Source: an uncultured Candidatus Saccharibacteria bacterium (GTDB lineage: Bacteria; Patescibacteriota; Saccharimonadia; Saccharimonadales; JANWIN01). Taken from it: a DNA stretch of 49,723 nucleotides. Location: contig CAZZAE010000001.1 in NCBI GenBank assembly GCA_964652125.1, positions 2,908 to 52,630 of the forward strand. The letters are read 5' to 3'. Under the pieces are notes generated by a model. That model was not told the DNA's origin and did no database searches. It saw only the letters and a program-made list of their open reading frames with translations. Shown piece by piece: positions 30,012 to 39,711 of this stretch; the first letter of the stretch is position 1, and every line of letters starts with the position of its first letter. The translations under genes and the position numbers were made by a program.

Positions 30012-31022
30012 TTAATTCTTGGTCTTACTTAAACGGTTAATTGCTAGTCTTTTACCAGCTTGACTCAGTACTGCTCCAGCGAGTGCAACTAAGCTTGCTC
30101 CAGCGAGCCATCCGGCTGGCTGATAGGGCTTTTTCTCTTTGTGCGTGGCGGTATCTTTTAGAGCAGTCTCAAGTTGGGCAGTAATTTTAGCTTGAGAAGT
30201 TTCAACATGTATATTGTTGCTGCCAACCTTATTAAAAACTTCTGGTCCTATATCTGATGGTACGGGCTGGCTATACTTATTTACTTTATAGGTAGAGCCA
30301 CGGCGACCAGGTACGATGACTTTAACATCAATACCATTATGCTTAGCTTCTTTGATCTTGGCATTTAAACCAGTTTGATCATCTATGGTACCGTCGCTAG
30401 CCACGACGATCTCGTTATGAGTATTTTTACCAGGTACAAAATAGGATATGGCTCGGTCCATGGCATCGACAATATCGTTACCATTTTGATCAGTCACAGG
30501 TTTATATAGTTCTGAATCTATAAGATTATGATTATTAGTAGGAGCATAGGCATTAACGTTAGCCCCAAATCCGACTAAACCAATTTTTAGATTGGCAGGA
30601 GTCTTAGCTAGTGATTCATTGACAGCAGCTGTAATGGCATCAAAGCGCGACACCCCACCGTCCATATCAGTCGTTCGAGTCATCGTATAGGAGTGATCTT
30701 CAACTATTATTGCCTGAGCATCAGGATTAGGGACCGTACGTTCAGTGGTAGGTCCAGCGGCCCAAAAAGATAGGGCTCCAATTGACACCATTCCCAGAGC
30801 TGCCAACGATTTGGTTCCCCGACCAGTACGATGTTCTGGAGCTGATTCCTGAAGATGGGCGACACCCGAGATATTAGATAAACGCGGTGCATGAATACGA
30901 GCTTGACCATGTAAGTGTCTTTGAAACTCACCGAAAAGCACAAGAGGACCAAGCGCGGCAGCAGCCAGTGCTTCGGGGTTATCTAAGCCAAAACCTTGTA
31001 AGTGAGTTACTTGTTCAATCAT
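30012..31022 (-). CDS. membrane-anchored von Willebrand factor A domain protein (BatA-like)
   Basis: MIDAS-like DHSYTM, IGLVGF, VVASDG; flanking TMs; ATG 31022 preceded by AGGTGG. Confidence 0.8.
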   Translation of the reverse strand: MIEQVTHLQGFGLDNPEALAAAALGPLVLFGEFQRHLHGQARIHAPRLSNISGVAHLQESAPEHRTGRGTKSLAALGMVSIGALSFWAAGPTTERTVPNPDAQAIIVEDHSYTMTRTTDMDGGVSRFDAITAAVNESLAKTPANLKIGLVGFGANVNAYAPTNNHNLIDSELYKPVTDQNGNDIVDAMDRAISYFVPGKNTHNEIVVASDGTIDDQTGLNAKIKEAKHNGIDVKVIVPGRRGSTYKVNKYSQPVPSDIGPEVFNKVGSNNIHVETSQAKITAQLETALKDTATHKEKKPYQPAGWLAGASLVALAGAVLSQAGKRLAINRLSKTKN

Positions 31023-31055
31023 ATTAATTATCACCACCTAATTTAAAACATATTA

Positions 31056-31084
31056 ACATTAGCATATTATTGACATAAAAGCAA
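31056..31084 (-). promoter_or_regulatory. sigma70-type promoter of vWA-moxR-DUF58 operon
   Basis: Minus strand TTGCTT-17 nt-TAATGT with extended TG. Confidence 0.55.
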
Positions 31085-31130
31085 TAGTAATATAACGAAT
31101 TGTTATTCGATCTGTAATACCTGGATATAT

Positions 31131-33362
31131 CTACTTGAGAGCGCCGGTTATATCTTTGGTTTGAGCTTGATGAGCATTATCTGTCGGTTTAATATGAGCC
31201 GGTACTTTTAACTTGCTTTTAGCAAAGCTGAAGCCAAAAGTACTACCCTTACCTTCTTCGCTCTTAAAGATTATTGCGCCGCCTTGAGCTACAACTACTT
31301 TTTTAGCCATGAACAGTCCTAAGCCGGTACCGTCAGGCCGAGCTTTCTTCGCATTGCCAGCCCGATAAAACTTACTAAACATATGGTGCTGTTCGGCTTT
31401 AGGAACTCCTATACCATCATCTACGACCGTAAATTCAATAGATTCGTGGTTATCCACTAAGTTTACATGAATGTGACCGCCGGCTGGGGTGTAATAAATG
31501 GCATTATCTGCGAAGTTCATAATAACTTGGCGAATTTTGGTTTCATCTAACATGAGCATTGGGAAGTTTTTGGGTTTATCATAGGAAAGGTCAAGATTGC
31601 GGGATTTTGCAGCCTCAACTAATTGCGCGACTTCACCTTCCACTACATCCGACAAATTGGTCGGAGCAGAATCAATTACAAACTTTCCAGTTCGTAAACG
31701 AGATACGTTTAATAGATCCGCAATCAAATAAACCATCCGTTGTGCACTTAAGAATGATTGATTGAGTAGTTTTCGCTGATTTGCGCTTACTTTTCCGGCA
31801 TCACCTTCCAATACCATGCTGACATAGCCCTTAACTGTAGTTAAAGGTGTCCGCAACTGATGTGAAGCCATGCTTATAAATTCGTCCTTAGCTTCATCTA
31901 ATTCCCTAAGTTTCTCGTTGGTCTTGCGCAATTCTTTAGTTGCATTATCAACCTTCTCTTGAAGGGTAACATTAAAACGTTTTATTTCCTCAAATCTAAG
32001 CGCATTCTGAATTGCTAGTGCTACTTCATCTGAAATTATGTCTAGAAGCTTAATATCGTTAGTTCGATAAGCATCACCACTTTGCTTAAAGCTTATTACT
32101 AAATATCCTATTTGTTGTTCGTGAGTAGATAATCGAACGATCGCAGCAATATCCAAACTGTTTAACAAATTGCGTAAATGACTTTGGCCTTGATCAACAA
32201 GCTCATCAGTAACAAATAATTTTGTGTGCGCATTATTGAGTTGTTTAACAAGTTCATCCAGTTCGTGATTGGAGATATTTTTATTGCCATTACCGATTAC
32301 TCTTACGTCGTCCCGCTTTTCATTACCAGTTAATATAAATTTGATAAATGATGCTTTAAGCGTAGTGCTGACTAGTGATGCGGTCTCATCTAAGAGAGTA
32401 TCAATTTCAATTGTCGCTACCAGAACATCATTTAGCTGATCTATGAATTGTTGTGGATCGTATGAATCTTTAAAAAAGATTTGGTTGGTAACGCGGTCGA
32501 AAAATTTCTTAACTCGTTGATAAAGAAGAGCTGTAAGGATAGCAAAAACAATGTAAACTGCTCGTTGAGATGAGCCAAGTTTATCCTGTTGCGTAAACAA
32601 TGTTGAGACAACATAGATGAATCCGCCATATATGACAGCAATAAATCCTAATGACAATAAATAGGCTAAGGCACGAGCAGCTGCAGCTCTGATGTCGAAT
32701 AACTTGTGCCTGACAATTGCATAGGCAAGTGATCCACTAAAGATAAGCGTATAAGCCGGGCCCAGGGGAACCAGTTTTGTATTATGTAAGATTACTACAA
32801 AAAGAAAATCTGTTATTACGATCAAACCAAATGCTCCGGCTAAGCCCATTAAAACAAATCTAATTTGGGTTTTTTGCTTACCCTCAGCATGGCGATACTT
32901 TTTAAGTAGCATAATTACTCCACCAACTAATAGACCAACGACCGTTAATGCAAAAATTGGAATTCCAAAATTTGGTATGGGCTGAGCATTGCCGTTTTGA
33001 ATTTTTAAGTCTTTAAAAACAAGGGGTGTTAAGGTCAAGGGCATAACTATAGTTGCTGCGATAACTGCTACTTTTCTTGCCCACTTTGAGGGAGGGAGTA
33101 TGTAATGTGGAAACACGTTAAAAGTTAGGAATACTGATAGACAAAGAAATGTCGCGCTAAATAAAACTAGTCTAATCCACCAAAGTTGGGACAATATCAC
33201 TGGGTGAATAGAGATATAGTTGATAATTGACCAGGCCGCAAAACTACCTGTAAGCATAAAAAATAGTTTATTTGTAGCACTAGCGGAATTTTTAAGAAAG
33301 ACGACTACACCAAGTAATATATTGATGACTGCAGATATAATTAGTAAAGCGACTTCAAACAT
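31131..33362 (-). CDS. sensor histidine kinase: multi-TM N-terminal sensor, GAF, HisKA, HATPase
   Basis: About 9 hydrophobic segments; GAF end EVALAIQNAL; H-box SHQLRTPLT; N-box NFADNAIYY; DDGIG, FYRA, GTGLGL. Confidence 0.93.
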   Translation of the reverse strand: MFEVALLIISAVINILLGVVVFLKNSASATNKLFFMLTGSFAAWSIINYISIHPVILSQLWWIRLVLFSATFLCLSVFLTFNVFPHYILPPSKWARKVAVIAATIVMPLTLTPLVFKDLKIQNGNAQPIPNFGIPIFALTVVGLLVGGVIMLLKKYRHAEGKQKTQIRFVLMGLAGAFGLIVITDFLFVVILHNTKLVPLGPAYTLIFSGSLAYAIVRHKLFDIRAAAARALAYLLSLGFIAVIYGGFIYVVSTLFTQQDKLGSSQRAVYIVFAILTALLYQRVKKFFDRVTNQIFFKDSYDPQQFIDQLNDVLVATIEIDTLLDETASLVSTTLKASFIKFILTGNEKRDDVRVIGNGNKNISNHELDELVKQLNNAHTKLFVTDELVDQGQSHLRNLLNSLDIAAIVRLSTHEQQIGYLVISFKQSGDAYRTNDIKLLDIISDEVALAIQNALRFEEIKRFNVTLQEKVDNATKELRKTNEKLRELDEAKDEFISMASHQLRTPLTTVKGYVSMVLEGDAGKVSANQRKLLNQSFLSAQRMVYLIADLLNVSRLRTGKFVIDSAPTNLSDVVEGEVAQLVEAAKSRNLDLSYDKPKNFPMLMLDETKIRQVIMNFADNAIYYTPAGGHIHVNLVDNHESIEFTVVDDGIGVPKAEQHHMFSKFYRAGNAKKARPDGTGLGLFMAKKVVVAQGGAIIFKSEEGKGSTFGFSFAKSKLKVPAHIKPTDNAHQAQTKDITGALK

Positions 33363-33382
33363 ATTTTTAGCTTAATTTTAAG

Positions 33383-33400
33383 ATAAAGCTTTAGCTTTAT
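33383..33400. promoter_or_regulatory. perfect inverted repeat upstream of kinase gene (candidate operator)
   Basis: ATAAAGCT-TT-AGCTTTAT, abutting a minus-strand TAGAAT -10-like box. Confidence 0.4.
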
Positions 33401-33415
33401 TCTACAGTGTTACTA

Positions 33416-34840
33416 CTATTTGAGCACCCACTTTTGTTTAACCCCGGGAGCAAAATATTTTTCGTGACCTGCTGGCCAAAATACTAACTTAATTAAGCTG
33501 CTACTCTTTTGACTTTTAGAAATTTCGGCAAATTCAGAGCTTTTTTCAATTAATTTTTGACGAATAACCTTTTTTGATAAGTTTTTAATATGTGGCTGTA
33601 GCTGTACACCTGTTTGTAATTCTAGATTTATTTCTAGATATTGATTTTGGCTTTTTGTAAATTTAGATAGTACGGTGAATTTCTCAGTAAGGTATGAAGT
33701 TAATTCAGGGGTCAGCAGACCCTCTTTGATGAATTCCGGGTAGATATTGATACCATGAATTGTCACGGAGAGATCTGTTCGCTCATACACATATACAAAT
33801 GGATATTGACGTATAGTGTGCTTGATACCAGCTTTTTTTATTTCATTTTCTAAGCTCAATCCATTTTTCTTAAAAATTCTGCTCATTTTAGAAAACTTGA
33901 CAACGCCACCGTGATCACCTATTGCATAACGTATAAGGGGAATGGTCGAATCACCCGTTAATATGATTTCGTTATCGACTTCTTCAAAATCTACAAATCT
34001 TGGATTATATTGAGTGAGAGTGGGTGTTTTTTCAATCTGACCAAAGATATCTTTAAAAAGTAATGGGTTTTTTGTAGCAATCCGCCTAATCAATATACTT
34101 ACCGGTGATTCGTAGGCCATCGCTCCAATATCTGCAGTTCCATATATATTAAGAGTATCTAAAAGTGGATTAGCCTTGGTCTTTTTACAAATATAGTTTC
34201 TATATGTTTCAGTGAAGGCTTCCGCTGCAAACAAAAGTCTTATTCTCAACTTTTGTAAATCTATCTGTTCCATTACAGCATCATCAATAATCTCTTTAAC
34301 GAATGGTGGGTAACCAACTAGTATGGTTTGCTCAAATTGTGGTGCAAGTTGCCTAAGAGCTTTTAATACTTCTGTTTTGTTATATCCCACCGGTAATATA
34401 GATGCCGGGTAATTCATTCTCTGGGTGGCGATCTCAAAAGCTCTAAGTGTAACTACTCCACCTATCCATACGCCCATTCCGAATGCGATTATAACTAACA
34501 CTGGCCCTTTCCCGGGGTTAGAAGCTTGCTGTAAGTAGTCTTGTATCAACCAGGAGTATTGCCAGCTTAATTTTTCGTTTCGAGGAAAGTAAAATGGTGT
34601 GCCAGTTGATCCAGAGGTAGAACAGAATATTAGTGGACTATTTAAATCTCCGTTTCGAACTAAATCCTTTAAATTATATTGTTGCAAGTAATTTTTTTTA
34701 CTTGTAATTGGAATCTTATGAAAATCTTTGCGGTTGATAATTGAATCTTGATTTATTTTTCTTGTCTTTAAAAAATCGCCATAAGCTGGAACTTCTTTTT
34801 TTGCATCTTGGAATAATTTAAAGGCTCTTTGCGAAATCAT
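33416..34840 (-). CDS. phenylacetate--CoA ligase (PaaK)-like adenylate-forming enzyme
   Basis: P-loop STSGSTGTP, VGYPPF, AAEAF, YGTAD, PLIRYAIGD, GINIYP. Confidence 0.85.
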   Translation of the reverse strand: MISQRAFKLFQDAKKEVPAYGDFLKTRKINQDSIINRKDFHKIPITSKKNYLQQYNLKDLVRNGDLNSPLIFCSTSGSTGTPFYFPRNEKLSWQYSWLIQDYLQQASNPGKGPVLVIIAFGMGVWIGGVVTLRAFEIATQRMNYPASILPVGYNKTEVLKALRQLAPQFEQTILVGYPPFVKEIIDDAVMEQIDLQKLRIRLLFAAEAFTETYRNYICKKTKANPLLDTLNIYGTADIGAMAYESPVSILIRRIATKNPLLFKDIFGQIEKTPTLTQYNPRFVDFEEVDNEIILTGDSTIPLIRYAIGDHGGVVKFSKMSRIFKKNGLSLENEIKKAGIKHTIRQYPFVYVYERTDLSVTIHGINIYPEFIKEGLLTPELTSYLTEKFTVLSKFTKSQNQYLEINLELQTGVQLQPHIKNLSKKVIRQKLIEKSSEFAEISKSQKSSSLIKLVFWPAGHEKYFAPGVKQKWVLK

Positions 34841-34843
34841 TAT

Positions 34844-35938
34844 CTAGTCTTTAGGCCCACTGTTAATTCGCTTAAGGGCTATGTCATCGGCAATTCTATA
34901 GGGTGCCCTTCCGCTTTTCTTAGAGGCATCAAATACTTCTTCAAGGGTATTTTGTATTCCCTTTACGCGTTCAAGTACTCGGTCCTTTTTAAAACCATCC
35001 TTTTCAAGCTCATCTGCGACATATATGAGGCCACCGGCATTAGCAATGTAGTCAGGAACAAATAGGATATTTCTACTATGCAAACTGTCTCCAACCCGAT
35101 TATCGAGCAGCTGATTATTTGCACCGCCTGCAATTATTTTAACGTTAAGTTCTTTTACTACACTAGGCCTTAACTCCCCACCGAGTGCACAGGGAGAAAA
35201 AACATCTAACTCTTCCTTATGAATATTTGTGTAATGTATCGCTTTGATGTCGGGATACATTTTAATCATTTTTTGAACTTTCTGATTGTCTATATCGGCA
35301 ATTATTATTTTTGCCCCGTCATCATGCAAGAGTCTAACCAATTCACCACCCAGTTTACCTATGCCTTTTACTCCAATAGTTCTATCTTTAACGGAATCTG
35401 TACCATTAATATGGCCCAATGAGGCTCTTATTGAATAATACACTCCGAGAGCTGCCATTTTAGATGTTGATAAATCACCGCGATCACCGCCACTTACCCC
35501 TAGCATATGCTGAGTACTCTTCGCCATTTTTTTGACATCATTGTCATATATACCTACATCTGTGCCTGTCTTGAAAAGTCCACCAAGTTTTTCAACCATT
35601 TTTGCATAAGATTTGAGTACTTTGTCGCGGTCAGTATCTTCTGAAGCAATTATTACGGCTTTACCGCCACCCCAGGGCAGTCCGGCAAGTGCACATTTGT
35701 AACTCATGGCTTTAGACAAATTTAATGAGTCCTTGAGAGCCGCTTCGTCGGATGCATAAGTTTGAAATCGAGTTCCTCCAAGCGCAGGACCAAGATTTGT
35801 ATTATGAATTGCAATGTAACCCCTTAAACCAGTTTCATTATCTGTAAGGCCTACCAGCATTTCATGATTATCAAACTCTTTAAAAATCCGAAAGCTTTTT
35901 GAGCGTCGTTTTTTAAGTTTATAGGTCGTGTTTAACAT
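34844..35938 (-). CDS. Leu/Phe/Val amino-acid dehydrogenase
   Basis: GPALGGTR, MSYKCA, GGGKAVI, GTDVG, Rossmann GIGKLG, PCALG, GGANNQL, PDYIANAGG. Confidence 0.92.
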   Translation of the reverse strand: MLNTTYKLKKRRSKSFRIFKEFDNHEMLVGLTDNETGLRGYIAIHNTNLGPALGGTRFQTYASDEAALKDSLNLSKAMSYKCALAGLPWGGGKAVIIASEDTDRDKVLKSYAKMVEKLGGLFKTGTDVGIYDNDVKKMAKSTQHMLGVSGGDRGDLSTSKMAALGVYYSIRASLGHINGTDSVKDRTIGVKGIGKLGGELVRLLHDDGAKIIIADIDNQKVQKMIKMYPDIKAIHYTNIHKEELDVFSPCALGGELRPSVVKELNVKIIAGGANNQLLDNRVGDSLHSRNILFVPDYIANAGGLIYVADELEKDGFKKDRVLERVKGIQNTLEEVFDASKKSGRAPYRIADDIALKRINSGPKD

Positions 35939-36083
35939 ATTTTTTGTTTGCTCATGTGTTGTGGGCTATGATAGCCAACAATTTGATTTTCATCTCGAAT
36001 ATATTACAACTAAATCCCATAAATTACAAGTGCAAGATTGGGATAACCCCAAGTTTTTGAACCTTGCTATACTTTATATAAAC

Positions 36084-37046
36084 ATGTCTTTGTCGAACGT
36101 ACTACAAGAAAATCTAAAATCAATCATTGAAATTGCTCGTTTGGCTCCATCAGTTCACAATACTCAACCCTGGCAGATAAGTATTGATAATGATAAATTA
36201 TATATAGACATCGATCCAAGATATCAGCTTTCTGACGGAGATCCGACTGGGCGAGAGACTATTATAAGTTTAGGTATTTTTGCGGAAGCGATCAAAGTCG
36301 CATCGGAACAATTCGGGCTGCAATGTCGAAATATTTCTTTAGATAAATATCGAGCAGTTATTCATTTTACGCTAGACAAAAGTAAAAAGAATAGCCAAGA
36401 GGTTAACGCCTTAAAAACACGAGTAACAGATAGGAGTATATATAGTCAGGTTGATATAAATCAAAAAATAAAAAGTACGATTGTTAATGTTGCGCCGAAT
36501 GATAAAGCAAAAGTTTGGGTTTTAACTGACGCTAAATCAATTAACATAATTGCTTCCCTAACTTCAAAGGGTATTAGTTTAGCGCTGAGCAATCCCAGTT
36601 TTCGTCAGGAACTTAGTCGTTATTTAGTACTACCTTGGTCTTCAAAGAAGCGAGGCATATCAACTTCTAGCCTATATTTACCCAAAGCCTTAGAAATTTG
36701 TGAGCCATTTTTAATGAAATTAGGAATTGGAATAAAATCTGAAGCAAAGCTCGAAAGAAAAAGATGGGAATCAGCTAGTGGGGTTATTTTTATTACTACC
36801 AAAGGAGATATGTCAGAGTACTGGTTTGAAGCTGGAAGAGCTTATTTGAGAGTTGCTCTTGAAATTGAACAACTTGGTTTGAGTCAGGCTACGTCAGCGG
36901 CTACTGTAGAGGCATCGAATTATCATGAAGATGTAGAACAACTTATTGGTACAAACCAAAGATTACAATGTGTTATTCGTGTAGGTAAAGGTGCAAGTAA
37001 ACGAAATCATTCCCCGCGAGTATCAGCCGAGGAAATTATTACATAG
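36084..37046 (+). CDS. Acg-like FMN-binding nitroreductase family protein
   Basis: ARLAPSVHNTQPW, DPTGRETIISLG, RVTDR, AGRAYLR, RVG; start revised from 35928 (overlaps the divergent gene) to ATG 36084, preceded by TGcTATACT. Confidence 0.85.
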   Translation: MSLSNVLQENLKSIIEIARLAPSVHNTQPWQISIDNDKLYIDIDPRYQLSDGDPTGRETIISLGIFAEAIKVASEQFGLQCRNISLDKYRAVIHFTLDKSKKNSQEVNALKTRVTDRSIYSQVDINQKIKSTIVNVAPNDKAKVWVLTDAKSINIIASLTSKGISLALSNPSFRQELSRYLVLPWSSKKRGISTSSLYLPKALEICEPFLMKLGIGIKSEAKLERKRWESASGVIFITTKGDMSEYWFEAGRAYLRVALEIEQLGLSQATSAATVEASNYHEDVEQLIGTNQRLQCVIRVGKGASKRNHSPRVSAEEIIT

Positions 37047-38286
37047 AATTGACTGCAGATATTATTACCTTGGTATGTCTTTTATGTCGTCTTTTGTAGT
37101 TACGTGTATTGTGTTTAGCCAAAAATTGTTTTTCTAGAGAAATTACATATCGTCCAGAATTGAGTGTATTTCCTAAAGCTATATTTTTCACAGCAAACGC
37201 TAAAACTCCACCAGTCATCATAACAGTTGACCCCAGTTGAGGATGAGTAACAATCGTTGTCCCTATCTTAAGTAAAGATTTTTGCATCTTAATTGACATA
37301 TTATGCGGGTCAATAATGCCTACAGCGTGTTTTGTCCATTCGCGGTAATCTTCAATTTTTTTCTCTAGTAGGTCTTCAATGCCGGGAACTTTGCCATGAA
37401 ATAAGTCCCGTGATGGTTCTAAATCGAATCTCTCGACATCTAGAATCACAGTATCTCCTATTTCAGTTGCCATAAGCACTGGTAGCTTGCGTTTTCGCGC
37501 CTCAGCTCGAATTCTAACCTTCATTTCAATATCATCTATTTCATCAATAGCTAATTTAATTGGCCAAGGTTTATTAAATATCTGATCGATGCTTTGTTTG
37601 GATACTTTATCAAATGATAGGACTGAAGTGTAGGGATTCATTTCATAAATTTGTTCAGCTATTACCTGTGCCTTACTTTTACCAATACTTGTTACCCCGG
37701 TGAGTATACGATTTAAATTAGAACCACTTATTACTGCCCCATCTACAAGTTTGATGCGTCGAGAAATACCCGTGATTGCAAGAGCTTGTGCGCTTGCACT
37801 TCCAACACTCATCCCAAAACATGCTACTTCAAAATCAAATAGCTTTTTTTGCTCTTCATTTGTTATTAGATCCCGATTTCGAATCGTTCTAAGTGCTTCA
37901 AAATCGCCTTGCGCAAGAACGTGAACTAGTTGACCTGACCAGGGATAATAAACCCAGCTACCCAGTTCCCAAGGATTTTTCTTGCCGTAATGTTCTTTTA
38001 AAAGTTTTGAAATTGATGCGACTTGCACTTCATGATTAGCTCTGTAAAGATGGGCATTTTTACTAAGTAGTAATTCAGCGTATTGTTCACCGTAATTATC
38101 TATTATTTCTGTTATACGTCTCTTTGAGACTAAATCTTGAAAAGTTTTTAGAGATTGTTTAGAGCTTGCATCAATAACGATAGGGCTAATTTCTGTATTA
38201 GAGGACGATAACTTTTTACTCAAGTTACTAAGAAAATCTGGATAGTCTTTCGTAGGATCAGTTGTAACAAGTTTCTTGTGTCCCAT
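37039..38286 (-). CDS. ThiF family adenylyltransferase (Rv1355c/OxzB N-terminal-like)
   Basis: WVYYPW, RNRDLITNEEQ, GMSVG, SNLNRI, DEIDD, DVERFDLEP, PQLG, SGRY. Confidence 0.85.
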   Translation of the reverse strand: MGHKKLVTTDPTKDYPDFLSNLSKKLSSSNTEISPIVIDASSKQSLKTFQDLVSKRRITEIIDNYGEQYAELLLSKNAHLYRANHEVQVASISKLLKEHYGKKNPWELGSWVYYPWSGQLVHVLAQGDFEALRTIRNRDLITNEEQKKLFDFEVACFGMSVGSASAQALAITGISRRIKLVDGAVISGSNLNRILTGVTSIGKSKAQVIAEQIYEMNPYTSVLSFDKVSKQSIDQIFNKPWPIKLAIDEIDDIEMKVRIRAEARKRKLPVLMATEIGDTVILDVERFDLEPSRDLFHGKVPGIEDLLEKKIEDYREWTKHAVGIIDPHNMSIKMQKSLLKIGTTIVTHPQLGSTVMMTGGVLAFAVKNIALGNTLNSGRYVISLEKQFLAKHNTRNYKRRHKRHTKVIISAVNSM

Positions 38287-38353
38287 TTAATTGTCCCATT
38301 AATTTAATAACTAGCAATTCCTCTATTTTATCTCACAAAAATAACAAAAGATA

Positions 38354-39148
38354 TTAAGTAATTCTAGGTGTAGCTGTTACAACAACAAAATCAGGCATAT
38401 TAAATCCTGGTGGATTGGCTGATTCAGCTTCATCTTTTATGTCATTAAAAATTTTTATTGCTTCATCTATAACTGATCGGTCGTTGTGCTGAACTTCAAG
38501 ACTCTTGAGAGTTATTTCTCTCAAACCAAGGGCCGGGCGATAGTCATATTGCTTGTCCGGACTAACTCTATGTTCACTGATTCGAGCTTTATCACCTAAT
38601 GTTGCCTTAACTTCATCAGTAACTTTGGAACCATATGATGGACTAAAGACATTGAAGTGCTCAAGTGTGAAGTCTCGCCAATGATTGATGAGTGGACTAC
38701 CGTGCATTACTGTCCAATCATATTCAATAATAGTGAGCTCGCCGATTGGTGAGGTTAATAGTTTACTGAAAGCGTCGTTAATAATAGCTTCTCTTTTATC
38801 TTTAGCAAAATGACTGAGCACAAAACGAGCATGAACGCGGTCCATTGATCCATTATTAAATGGAAGTTTTAGAGCATCACCTTGAACTACAGTAGAACCG
38901 GCTTGCTTGTGAGCAAGTAGGGGTTCCTCACGAAAATCAAATGCAATATAGTGCGCTCCCTGATGCCTAACGTATTCTCCAAGCTTGGTGTTTTCTCCAG
39001 CCCCAATATCCAATACATTTTGACCGCTTCGAAGATCATGTATTGAGTCTATTGAAACTTGGTTTGGCATGTCAAAATCGCGCAAGCGTATAGATTCTTG
39101 TTTCATAGAATCTCCTTGCTGGTATGCGTTTCGAGATTCGTCGTTCAT
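38354..39148 (-). CDS. class I SAM-dependent methyltransferase
   Basis: VLDIGAG, AFD, QGDALKLPF, DRVHARFVLSH. Confidence 0.85.
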   Translation of the reverse strand: MNDESRNAYQQGDSMKQESIRLRDFDMPNQVSIDSIHDLRSGQNVLDIGAGENTKLGEYVRHQGAHYIAFDFREEPLLAHKQAGSTVVQGDALKLPFNNGSMDRVHARFVLSHFAKDKREAIINDAFSKLLTSPIGELTIIEYDWTVMHGSPLINHWRDFTLEHFNVFSPSYGSKVTDEVKATLGDKARISEHRVSPDKQYDYRPALGLREITLKSLEVQHNDRSVIDEAIKIFNDIKDEAESANPPGFNMPDFVVVTATPRIT

Positions 39149-39304
39149 GCAATTACTATACTATAGTGTTTGGTTAATATTCGGAGTGCGGCATATTACA
39201 ATGCAACAATTTCTGATTTCGATAAAATCAAATTATAAGGCTTTACATTCCAAGTTTTGTGCATATGTATATAAGGATTATAATAGCAATAAATAGGGGT
39301 TAGT

Positions 39305-39676
39305 ATGCCTAAAATTGCAATAATTGAAGATGATCAAGCCATACGTGATATGTATCGTCTCAAATTTGAGAGCGAAGGCTTTACAGTAATCGTAGCTGCT
39401 GATGGCAAAGAGGGTCTTACTTTAGTTGAAAAAAGTAAACCTGACTTAATATTGCTTGACTTAATGATGCCGGAGATGACAGGAAGTGAAATGCTCAAAC
39501 GTATGCGAGCAACAGCTTGGGGAAAAGATATCAAGGTTATTATTCTTACTAACGTTAGCAAGGACCAGGCCTTCCCGATAGTTAACCCTCTAGGCGTATC
39601 AGGATTTGTAGTCAAAGCACATTACACCCCCCAAGAAGTTGTTGATACCGTAAAAAAAGTTATTGCCGGTACTTAG
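39305..39676 (+). CDS. stand-alone response regulator receiver
   Basis: IIEDD, LLDLMMP, ILTN, VKA. Confidence 0.93.
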   Translation: MPKIAIIEDDQAIRDMYRLKFESEGFTVIVAADGKEGLTLVEKSKPDLILLDLMMPEMTGSEMLKRMRATAWGKDIKVIILTNVSKDQAFPIVNPLGVSGFVVKAHYTPQEVVDTVKKVIAGT

Positions 39677-39711
39677 TTGTAACAAAACTGCTCATCACGT
39701 AACATTAGCTT

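Noticed and set aside
33416-35938. Phenylalanine/phenylacetate catabolic (paa) pathway
   Set aside because: No ring-epoxidase, beta-oxidation or 2-oxo-acid decarboxylase genes in the window; the context points to biosynthesis/signalling, though catabolic genes elsewhere cannot be excluded
35928-36083. 5' extension of the nitroreductase ORF
   Set aside because: Overlaps the start of the divergent dehydrogenase; the family motif and a -10 box point to ATG 36084
37039-38286. RiPP cluster or ubiquitin-like/thiamine ThiF system
   Set aside because: No precursor peptide, ThiS/MoaD, YcaO, E2 or JAB gene nearby; the sequence matches the Rv1355c-type subfamily
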